From Tubulanus polymorphus (Eukaryota; Animalia; Nemertea), in the NCBI RefSeq assembly GCF_964204645.1, contig NC_134031.1, positions 16,355,807-16,419,806 of the forward strand: a stretch of 64,000 bases of DNA, given 5' to 3'. The position numbers and the translations under genes were made by a program. Shown here piece by piece: positions 37,001-49,800 of the stretch. The notes below the pieces were generated by a model that was not told the origin of the DNA, did no database searches, and was given only the letters and a program-made list of their open reading frames with translations. The stretch's first letter is position 1; each line of letters begins with the position of its first letter.

Positions 37001-40000
37001 GCGTAACTGGAAACGATTCGAGTCGGGGAATGGTTTTCTTGTGTTCTTCATCGCGAACTCGTACGCCATCTATGGGATCATACGCGAACTTCGAAGACTA
37101 GGAAATTCATTACGTAAGAAGGCAATGGGTTCATTCGTAACAAGAAATCAAATGCGAATTGATGCCCGAATTATATTTTAAGGTTGATCGCGCTCTTAAT
37201 TTGAGAAGTATTTTGTAATCTTATGTCTTCAGAAAATAGGAATTGGCGATTGAAAATATTATCAAATATTTGATTACTCGTCTTAAAATCCTCTCACAAT
37301 GTGTCGAATTTTATAATGCCGCCATAATAAATATGATACAATCAGGGGATATTATTAGCTTTGGATTTCGAATCAAACATCGGCTTAAGAATCTTCGATG
37401 AAAGAATCAGATTCTCGTTAAATTTCGCGTTAATTAATCGAACGTAGAACTAATTAGTACCCGTAAATATTGACTGTGTGAAATGCGATGGTGATGTGTA
37501 AGTGATTAAAATCTGGTATAAAGGACTGGTATTAATTTACAATACGTTTCCGTTGTGTGGTGAGGCATTAGATTTTATTGGCTGGTCTGTATAATCCCGT
37601 TGGTGTATCTGTATCTGGCTCTGTGTACAAGAGATAGAGAGAGAATCGATGCAGATCGAGCAATACAGTTTGATCATGTGAATAATAGCTGTGGGGGTCG
37701 TCTATCAATAACAACTCTCTAGCCATTATGCTCGTGTATATAAACACGCGAGTGTAACGTGTTAAACGCGTTTTCATTGGCGTGCTTCGTTATTCGCGAG
37801 CCAATCACGGCGGCTCTTACAAAATCCGGCTGTGAATTAATGCAACATGGCCGACTTAGATTAGTGAGTATGAGAATTCTGCTATTTTCCGTCGTTTATG
37901 TCGTGTTTATAGGTGTTTTTCGGGCCGATATTTTCGTCCGAACGTTCCTAGGCGCTTAAGCTCGCCGCGAAGGACCGGTCGACTTAACGACGTAAATATC
38001 CGGGCCTGATTTATGTCCAATTTTGAGGTGAAACTGAGGCTTTGTTCGACGTTCCGTCGAGTGAACTGATGATTTTAGCTGTTATACATTGATGCATGCT
38101 GCCTTGTATATTGAACTGTTTGATTTACACACCGGCGCCGTCGTCGTCGTTAAAACGTTCAAATCAATTATTAGCAAGTGATTTTTCATTTGAAGATGAT
38201 GCAGTGTTCCCCGGTAATAGTTTTTGATCAGATATTGATTATGCCGAAACAAGTGTAAACAATTACCGAGTACACGTTAACCCTTTAAATGTCAATACGG
38301 TTTCGATGGTAATAATTCATATTTTAAATGTTTATTAACGATTGCAGGTAGTAAGTTGTAGTTATCGCATTTATTGCATCAAAGTCAGCTTTTTAAAGCT
38401 AGATATCGCAATAATGTCTAGGTGGATTGAGGAGCAAAATGAAGGTTTTGGTCACAAGCTATCTGTTAGGCTTACAGGCAGAACACATGGATGAGGTTAT
38501 CGATAGGGAGTTACGTATCAACAGCATTCGCATAGATAATAACGATAATGATGATAATTTATTTTCATTTGATAACATTTCAAAATAAGGTTATTTCCGA
38601 AAATCCGCAATATTCGGGATAACCGTTAGGGATCCAGATACTACCGATAACATTGTGATTTAACCCGTTTTTGCTGTAGAGATAAATTAATGATGTCTCC
38701 ACAGGCTCAGCAGCAGCCGACTCCTGCTGTATCGGTGCTACTGTTAGAAAGAATAAGACCGTGAATCTTCTGCTGTTATCAGTGCATTCGGTCTCTCTCT
38801 CTATCTCTATACAGATGATGACTGATGTTCCGCACGGCGATTGATCCTAGCAATTTATGAGCTTTCCAATTATTTCAGTGTTCGGTGGATAAACCACTGC
38901 AGGCGACTCTCTCTGCTCGGCGCTGTTTATCCCCGATGCGTTCTCACGAGACATCAGACGCTCTACGTGCGCGTTCGCGGAAACGCGACGATGACTTGGT
39001 CAATTTTTGATTTCGGCGTTTATCATATTCGATGATATATACGCCGGGGACTTATTCGGTTAACCTGACGCCATACATCACCAATCACCTTCGCGAGACT
39101 CGTGTAATGATATTTCAGCTGTACGCCTATTAATCAGCTGCGTTTGTCGAGCATTTCTCAATTATTCCCAACCAGACATACACTGTGCGCACCGCGATAC
39201 TAGAAACATAAAACAATGTCCCTACTCTACGCTAGATTCAAGGGTATAGGTTTACATCGCCTTTGTAGGTTTGAATTTCGCTCCATTATTCATAATCGGG
39301 AAAGTTTTTTTTTTCTTCTTTTTTTTCAAGTTTTAACCCTTTCAGTGCTGGCTAATTAATACCAGTATATCGTTAGTTACTAATATTTCACTATTTTTGA
39401 CAGGTGCTGCTATCTTTCAAGAGAGATAATTAGTAATTACTAATTAAATCAATACACCGCAGTGCGGTGTACTAGCAAAATCCATCACCGATTCGGACAC
39501 CGCACTGCAGTGTAGACGTACTGAAAGGGTTAAAAAAAGAATCATTAATCACTTTATCAGACCGTGTTGTTTAATTACGAAAAGGTGATTTGATGATGTT
39601 CGGCGTTTTCGAAATTGAAAGTTCATTTATTCGGGAGAGGTTAGAGGCTATATCTGCTGCGCGATGATGAAGATGATGATGATGATGGTAATGTAATTAT
39701 GAGCCCGTTGGAATATTCAATCTTCCAGTTCAGTTACCTTGTTATCGTGTGTGCTTACTTTCATGCAGATTTACCCTGGCGATGAGGCTCTCTTGTATGT
39801 CGGTAATGCGATACAAATGAAGTCGGCAAATAATCAATTTTCACCCGCCATCGTCGAATTTATCGCGGACGTGGGGATGTGGTCGGCTGCCCATCGGGGA
39901 AATGAACGCTTTAAAACTTGAGAATTTTTTTTTTTTCGCCTTAAAAACCGTTACAATAATGTCTATATATACACTGATAGCTAGTTTGCGGTATGTAAGG

Positions 40001-43000
40001 TGTACTGTGTGATTCGATGTGGACTACATCATCAATATTGGCATTTCAAAATAACATTTATGAATTTTGGTGTTTATTTTGTAATCAAATGTATTTCATA
40101 ACTCTCATTTTTGATGAATTGTAATAATTATTTTTAGAGGATGTGCAATATATCAGGGCTAGACTGGTTGCCAGTCAGTTCAATTCAATTATCGACATAT
40201 TCAAATCCAAAATAACTTCATTGATCTGTGATATTATATTATTTATTGTCGACAATATTGATCATTGATCTTGATCATGACATCTCAGGGAAAGCCCTTC
40301 AGGAGGGTATCACTTGGAAAGCTCTTTAGAAGGGCTTTTCCAGTGACATCATTATCAAGCATTAATAGCGAAACCCAGTTTACCATGTATATCATCAAAG
40401 TTGAACATGCTTCCACTACACAGTGCACCATGTTTCATCTTTATTAGCTGTTTATACGTTATTTCAAATCGAGAAAAAATCCATTTTTGTGCTCAAAGGT
40501 AAAATGTACTCAGTTGATCCTACTGGACCCCATGGTCCTTTATCTTATATATGTTTAGATAGATTTCTCTAGTATATGAGAAGCATATGTATCTCTAATG
40601 ACATGTTATAACAACGTTTGAATATGTTCCATGTATACGTATGGTGTAATTGGCTTGTTTGTTCAGGTAATGTTATATTAAACCAATCTAAATAATTGAT
40701 CGCGCTTTGCTATAGGCAATTATGACTATATACCCGCGTTTATAAATCTTCCTCCTCGCTGAAATCTGTTCCCCAGTAATGAAAAACGATGTTTGAAAAT
40801 ATATATATTTCTATCTGGTTGCCGGGCATTATCTCCACAGTTATTAGCGTAACCTCGTTGAAAACTTGTTGAGATTTTTTCGACGATTCTATTTTTCGAA
40901 GTGCTTTTGAAGCGGATCGACTGCTCGTATTTTCATTGCCCGCCTATTAACAGCGAAGTCTTGAAGTCTTCCCCTTTCGATTGAGACAGCGAGAGAGAAA
41001 GAGAGAGTTGTTTACGTGCGATAATTTCTAACTTGAAAACTGACATTCGAAAAAAAAGTGACGGTTTCTTGTTTAAATGGGTGGAATTTGCCCGGCTATT
41101 TTAACAAAAGACCGCCCGGAAATTTGTGAACATTGTACGTACACAAACAAACGACTAACGCATTTAATCCGTGAACTTCACGTCTTTATTATACATACTT
41201 CTAACGATTCAATTGAGTCTAGTTGAAAGGTAGTTGTAGTTGTGAACGAGGAAAGTAAGTTATTGATGTATGAATTCGAATTAAACGTTTCATGCCTGTA
41301 TATATATTGTATCAGTACAAAAGAATCGTGTTGGTCGTAAAATATCTTTTAAGATGATCATTATAAATTAAGCGTATTTAAAATCGTCGATAAGCTTTAA
41401 TCGTCGCGTATATCTTCGAGTGCGGCTTTCAGGAATTTCCGTGAAACTGTTTAGATATTTTTCAAGCGCTTTTATGATAAGTTGAAATGTTGATGTATGC
41501 GTTTTGAAAGCGAATCGTAGTGGCAGGTGGTAGCACTCTCCTCCTCTGTGACAGTGCAGTATTTTTTTTGTAATGAAGACATGCTGTGTATTAAATGTAC
41601 AAGGTTATTCGATAGGAATTTAATTTGTTGATAGAAACTGTTCATAATGATTAACGCTGTACTCAGTTATTGGAAGAGAAACAAAATAGTGATAGCGAGA
41701 AATCTTGGATCGTCTACAGGAATTTGAGTAAGCCTTGAATCAGTGTTCGTTGCGTATATTCGATGTTCAGGCTAAAATTGTTTCTTATTTATGCTTGGCT
41801 TAAAAGTGGTCCCGGTTGGCCGCCTGTCCACCCTGCACATTACTAAAAGTCATGATCAAGCTAACAATGGCAGTTATAGAAATGAACTGATTACGAATTT
41901 TATCGCTAAAAATTTTATTTACAAAATGACCCGGTCGATTAGGAGAAACGAGGTATTATTTTTTAAGCCTTAGAGCAACGATTAGTTACATGAAAATTGC
42001 TAGCACATCTTAATCAACCAATGGATTTATATTTGATTGAAATGACACATTGTTTAATATATTTATATATATATATGAAGCCAGTTGTTGGCAGCATATG
42101 TGCGTAGTGGTTCAATAAATTGATTAATACTTAATACTGAATACAATGAATACTATCCTATCTAATGTTTAAATCGATATAAATATCGCCGAATTGCAAC
42201 GCTGCGAAAAGATTAAAATTCTCGCTGTAATATTTATCTCGGTCTGCAGCTGTTTTCGTGAAGAACGTCTTTCTTGTGAATATGTGTTTTTACGATCAAC
42301 TGAACGTTTTTTAGAAGCGATCAGAACGGTTAACTTGTTATCAAATCGGGCAACGGCTTCTGCGGCGAGTGATTGCGCCCGAATCTACCAGGTTTGATAG
42401 AGTACACAGTATGTCATCAACGCCGGTTTCTTTCTTAACTCAATCTAAATCTTACAATGATTTCGCAAATTCTACATCATACGTCTCGTTACCTCTGAAG
42501 ATTCAGCCGAGTTTGTCTAGATGCGTGATTTGCCGAATTTTTGGATTGGCGACCCAAAAATTAAGATCAAAGTTAATTGAAAATGAACTGATTTTGATTG
42601 AGTTTGTCTGATATCTTAGTGGCTCCATCTGACGGGATAGCCGGCGTGCCGGTACCCTGCAGTGTACTGGAACTCTCCAGATGGCGCAACAAAACACTGC
42701 GTTACGTCATGTAGTGGAAATAAATTCTTTTTCAATGAAATTTGAACTTGATCTTCAGGCTTCCAATGCGGAAATTACCAAACAAGTCATCGGATAGATA
42801 GATATATATCGGATCAGTGTATGGTATTGATTTACTGAAAATTGATTTGCTAATGAGAAATGTCGAAATTAATTGAAATGTAGAAGAAATAATTATTATT
42901 ATGATATTATTATTATGATATTATTATTATTATGAAGATAAAATACAATATAGAATAGAACTTTGAACTCAAGAATTAAAAATATTTTTCATAAGCAATG

Positions 43001-43739
43001 CCCTTGCTGCAAACGAGATCCAGTTTTCTAGGTAAACCGCTTTGCCCATGGGCGATTTATTATTACATTGAAACGTGGTAATCGAGTTACCACTAAAAAA
43101 AACCAGGCCGAATCCTCACTCGCCATAGTAGCATTGCCGGTGCCCTGTTGCTACAAAAAAAGTATCAGCTTAGTTTGCAGTTATGTGAATAAGGTGCTCG
43201 ACTGTAGTTGTGGTGGATGATTCACACAGTTCTGCGTGAACTAACGATCTTCGCTTTTCAGAAATAATCGATGATGATGATGTTTATTATTGTTCGTTTC
43301 AGATTCCGGTCGGTCATTGATCATTCACGATCCGCTGATAAAAGTTCGCGAGTTGTTCATCTCCGATGCGACTGATTGTTACCCGATCAACTCGATCAAG
43401 TAAGTGACGGACGCTGTTCATCTGCCTCGCGTCGTCGTCGTATAACTACCATCGCGACGGCCGTGCGACTACGGGACGGGATGTTATGTAGAGTAAACTG
43501 CCATGAATAAATCTTGCTTGCTTAACCCAATAGACCGCAGAACGTCCGTCGATGTTAGTTTTGTATCTCAGCAGAATGTCCGCTGTGCTTAAGCGCCACC
43601 TATAGTTTGAGGGGTCAAAGGTCCAACTTTTGACCTTTGATTGACCAAATCCTGTAATCATCTTCAAAATAACCAATGGTTGTAACGCATTATTTTCAGT
43701 ATTTCTGCACTGCATCTCTACTTAATCTTTATATGCAAA

Positions 43740-43805
<66 letters not shown>

Positions 43806-46800
43806 GGCTTACTAAGTGTTTGTTATTCAGGAACATGTATATGAAGTCGCGGCGTCTAATGGGTTAATTGGGTGCTCGGAATTGTAAATTGTATCCGTCT
43901 TACAAACTGTCGGACTAGACTGAACTAGATTCGGAAAATAGCCAAACTCCTGGAACCCGTCCTCGACCTCTCATCCCGCTTAGTCGAAATCCGGTTCTCA
44001 AAGTCCGGTGCTCAACGCGCGCGTACGGGGAGGGGGGCCTTCAAAGTATTAGCAAAAATATCTACCAGTGTTTAATGGAGCCTCTCGAAGTTCTGACTAA
44101 TCTCCATAAAAGCCATCTCCCATTCATCGGGCCGTAATTGATCAATATTTGTTCTACGCAGAAGAGTGCTGAAACGTTCTCGTGAAAAAACATCGCGGCA
44201 TCAGCATCCGACAAATATAATGTACTGTATTCATTCGAGATATACGGTTTGATGGGGCAAGTTTTGTAGCAGAAAGTAATACTTATGGGACGATTTGCTG
44301 TTGATGTGCAGTAACACTTATTTCTCAGTGCCACCGATATAGAAGAACCTATCAGTATAGTAGAATGGCCTGTACACTCCCACTAAATACAGAGAGTAAG
44401 GAATTAAATTCGAATTTTATTTTTCAAGAATTAAGATCAAAATACATGACGTTTCGAACTCACATTAGAGATCCTCGTTACTGTGGGAGGGATTAGCTAA
44501 AAACCAGGGGCCCGATTCTATAGACTGGTATTACCTTTAACCCAGGGGCAAACTCAATTGATAATGAATTGAGTTAGCCCCGCGGTTAAAGGTAATACGC
44601 GTCTATAAAACGTACGGGGGAGAACTTAGTAGACCGGGTAAATTTCTGAGTCAGTTGGTAATTAGCGGTTAGTAAGGCATGAAGTAATATACTCAAGAAC
44701 CTATCAGCTTAAATCTGCGACCGTATCGTCGAATTAATGCCGAAGGTTTCATCATTTCGTCTTCCGTCGATCGGCAGAGTCAGAAAGACTAAGCCCCGGC
44801 ACACTATAAAAGACGTTCGGTCTGAGAAGCCAAGTTTTGATATTAACGTCAATATGAATATGTCAGTGACGGTTATGTTTTTATGGATGCACCGCATTCT
44901 TGCGTATGATTATTGATTGATGCATCCGCCTTGCGTCTTAGTTACATCACATCAAACGATATGAATTCACAAGCGATTAGTTGTCGAATACACAAGATAC
45001 GTACTCGATGAAGAAATATAAATGCCAATTCAGAGGGGCCTTGGAATCTTCTACCCCCTCCCCCACCCCAAAAAAAAAATAAAAATCATAGGTTTTCATT
45101 TCAACCCATCGCCCATTTCATTCCTTATTTCAACCAAGAAAGTACTCAGAATGTACCTTAATCTAATTTTTCAAAATTTTCTAGGGGAGGGCCCCCAGAC
45201 CCCCTTATGGGCTTCGCGCTCACTTATGACGGCCGCGCCATGTAAATGGTGACCCTAAATCCAATGTGCACCCCCCTCTTTTCAAGAACCTGGATCCCCC
45301 TGTTTGCGGCGAAGAGGGCAGAAAAACGGAAGAATGTGAACCGGGGATTCTTATAAAAGAAAACTTGTTCGCTTTATGCGATGATGTTTTACTGTATGGG
45401 GGTATATAGGCGAATGGTTTAGTCGGTGTTGTAACAGTGGCAAACGTTTGTAAACATGCCTGCCATAGTAAAACATTTCTGGAGTTCTTATGTCAGCGGA
45501 TGATTTTGCGTAACTGATACATCTAACTGGGTGCCGCGAACACTCTCGCGAACACTCTCGTTATTCTATAGGGAAAAAACATTCATTCATCAAACCAGGC
45601 CCTATATTCATCACCTTTCACCTTCGCGTTATTATTTTTCTTCCTGCGCTCATTTGTAAGCTAGAAATCTGGCTACTATTCCCGTTTGTTATTCGATCTA
45701 TGCTATCTATGCGCGATAAACTGTTCACCCCATTGTATATATGTTTTTATCGTCTGAATTTCACATCTGTGACTGTGCGGTTTATGAATGCGACATGTCG
45801 GCAGACTGCTCTAATGAATACACACAATTATCATTTGGTCATCGAAATCTACTTCAGGCGCGTATTGCAACAACTAGGTTTTGTTTGTTTCATTCGGTTG
45901 TATAGGATTTAGGGGTTCCCATATATAGTTAGTCTTGATATACATATCACATGTGATGTTCTAGGTTCATGGTTTGTCAATGAGAAATTCATCGCATATT
46001 AGATTACGCTTATCAGTATCGCATTTTTACGTACTTTAATTTCGATCAATATGTCAGTCTCCCATGATTTTATGATCAAATTAAACGATCATTAGTGATT
46101 GATGAGGTGCACAAGGTCACCGTAGTCGACTGATAATGGCTGATTGAGTGACAGAATCGCCCTGCCCTAGTTCACCTGGTGACATCATTACCTTAATTGA
46201 CAAGTCACAGTCCTAAACCCTAGATCATCTGACTAAGGCCACAGGATGACATCATAACCCGACTGACCAATCGCGGCCCCAACTCTACATCATCTGATAT
46301 ATGACAGCGTAAACACTGTCCAGTGCGGCCTGATGACCTCTTTTTACCCGAACTTACCAATCAAAAAAAATCTTAGGTCAACGCACAATTAAAGCCGAGG
46401 CCCTTTGAAGTTTATTGGCTCAATAAATCACAAACATATCCATATGAATATGGATTTGTATTAATGACATGCTAGGATTATGAATCTGATCCTACGCGAG
46501 ATTATTAGATATCCATATATATTACTAAATACATTGCTAATGAAGTATTTCTTATATGTTAAAAATGATATTGATACAAGAAATCTATATCCGATTTATA
46601 CACAGATTACGCAGACATATCAATGACTTAATTTAGAGCCGTTGAAGTTTTCGCGATATACAAATCCTTCAAGTCGATCGGCAGTTTCTGTCGATTTTCA
46701 ATTGTACTCGAGGAGTCTTAACTGCACTGATTTGCGCGAGTGTTTGCTTTGTCTGACTGGTTATTGGCAGTGAAATATTAGTCTTATGAATTTTTAAACA

Positions 46801-49800
46801 TAACCATAGACATGCTACTTCACAATGAGCGCTTTTTAGTTTGTCACACACAACAGAGAGACTCGTTCCTCGTCGTATAATGAACACGATTTATACGGAA
46901 TTGTTCACGGACTGCCGTGTTGATATATTCATTCATTCGCTAATAAAGCAATCCGTGAATATAAAAAAAGATCAAAACATTTCAGAAATATTTTCGACTC
47001 GATAAATCTATATAGAATTGCGAGCCGGCTTGATATCAGCCGCATCACACAAGCGTTTTTGGCCCTTTTTTTAAACCAAATTTGACCCGCGGATGTCTCT
47101 AATTAGGCACGGGCCAAATTTGGCTGGATCACATGTAGACGATTCGGCCCAGGCCAAATTGGCAAATATTAGATTTGAGTCAAATTTAGCCCGTGTGTTG
47201 CATTGTATGCTATCTAACACTGATTGCTTATGTTTCAAAAGAAGCGATTGATTACGTAGTTGTCACCTGATTGTCGTAGCAATCAAACTGGTACATGTTA
47301 GTAGATGGCGTACGTATATATACGTGCGCTCGAACGCGATTCGATAAATATGCATGTAACTATACATCAGATGTGGCGGATAAATGCTTTACGTTATTTG
47401 TAATTATTTCAACTGCTCTCGCATGTGTTAATATACCATCTCTGATTTCTCTCGGGTATCGGGGCGCCGTTCAATATCGGATGATTTGATTTACTCGTCC
47501 TGTAGACAGCGGCGCGACTAGATCTACAGCGCGTCCGTCGAGACCGCGACTAATTTCTATTACCCGCATCGAACAGTTATACTCGCATCATATAAAAGTG
47601 TTAGTCAGGGGGGGGGGGCGTCGTCGCTGCTATGAATTATTTACAATTCAAATATACAAAATGTATAAATTTAGGTGTTTTTTATCTTGTTTTGTTCTGT
47701 CTCGATGAAAGTGCATAGTTTAGTAGTAACATTTGAATTGCAAATATAGAACAAACAAGTTCTCGAAGTTCGGTTTGGTCGATTTGGTTAATTCGTTCAT
47801 TAATACTGTATGGTAAAGTGATGATATTTTAGTTCCTTATCATTCTGTCTTTGTCAGGAAGTACTGAAAGCCTTGAAGAATTGATTTTGTTGTCATTACC
47901 ATCCGCATCAGTTCTGGATTACTTTCAAACTGGCGACTACCTACTGAATTTGCTGATAATGGAGAGAGTCTTTGGGTGGAATTTGAGTTTCTTTCTTCTG
48001 CTTTTACAGGGGCAAGTGCAAAGTCGTACACTTCCAGGATATCGTAGCAGCCCAAGAATTCGAGCCTTTGCCCGATACGTTTTTCTACATATTCGGCTAT
48101 AATCCGGAGACAAAAAGACTGGCGACCACGCAAGGAGAGATTCGGGTGGGCCCGAGCCATCAGGTACGTTGAAAATCAAATATTTCTAATCGATAGTCTG
48201 CTCTTTGTCATAGCTGGCTCACGAGGTGCTGCCACCTACGCAAAGAGGTACGAATTAAATACGCGCTAGCGGCAGTTATACGGTGACCTTTATGTGTTGG
48301 GGTATAAAACGTGCTATTAGACGTTTTCTTTCAGGAATAATCTGCTGTCGTATTGATCAAGTTAACCGTGATTGCTTGTCTGAAAGTGCAATTTCCGATA
48401 TTAACTAGTTTCGGCGTTAGTGTTGCCGTCAGCAATTGCCTTTTCCGTTTAATATGCCGCGGTTTTTGCTCATCGACGCATATTTTCGCGCGATGATGAA
48501 TGTATTTTGCGTGTTTTATCAGCCGTCTCTGGAGTTCGGCGCGGATGTCGCGACTAGTATGTCGCGACGAGTATCGTAGTTGCCAGACTCGAGACGTTTC
48601 GAAAGTTACTACGAATAAAAACGGCACGCGATCCCGTTAATTGATCGAAGCAAATATTTATTCGTCACTCGCTTCATTAGGCTCAATCAAGTCTTTATTC
48701 CACTGACTTCCGTTTGTGAGTTAATTACTGAATATAAGCTTCGTTACTAGCGCTCGAATACCACCCAATCCCTGAATGTATCGGCTTACAAAATTTGAAT
48801 GTACAATTTTGATATTTAAGCTCGAGAAATTATTCCGAATTGCTGTCATATGATCGAGCTATCGCATTATTTATGATAGAAATTATTTCGCCCTAAGCGT
48901 GCTCTTCGAACCCGAGTATGACGGACGAGATTCTTCGTCAGTCCACTAGAGGTCGTTAGTATGCGGTCCGTCTGCCGCTGTGTCTCGACTTGGTATAGAA
49001 TTACAGAAACCTGCATATTAAACAGCTGTGATAATCACTATGATCATTCCTCCCTCGTCGTCTAAGCGCGGGGTTCGAAATGAGCTTGTAAGTGTCGTTA
49101 TAATTATCGAGGTACAAGACTGCGCATTCCCATCTGGCTATCTTAATTTAGGTCAAGTGTTAATAAGAGATCTCGAAATTCTCCCGCGGATGAAAATTAA
49201 AGGCCCGATTGTCGCGAGTAGATTGTAATGATAGTTATTAGGTTGTGGGCATGCTGTGACTGTTGGTGCGCTATGTCATTACGTCTATTGTTAGATAGGT
49301 GATTTCGCCGCACGTCTTGAGCCTTATGATTGCTGGTTCGATGAATGAAATATATCGATAACGTTATTTCTATGTCGTATCGAGGATTCTTTCCAGGGTC
49401 GTCCTGTGGGTCGAGGATTCTTTCCAGGGTCGTCCTGTGGGTCGTTGTTTAATTGCCGTTATCAATAATTACTTCATAATGACATATAAATATAATATAT
49501 CGATAACGTTATTTCTATGTCGTATCGAGGATTCTTTCTAGGGTCGTCCTGTGGGTCGAGGATTCTTTCCAGGGTCGTCCTGTGGGTCGTTGTTTAATTG
49601 CCGTTATCAATAATTACTTCATAATGACAAGATTTCATTAAAAAAACCAGTGCCTCTTTGTCGGGGTGGCGACTAACCTGGAAATCAGAAAAAAAGTACG
49701 AGGATATTCTTTTCCTTAACGGAGTCAGGGAATTATGTAAAACAGCTAAAAATTCAGGGAAATTTATTGAGATTGTGTATAAAATCTAATAGTTTCTGTC

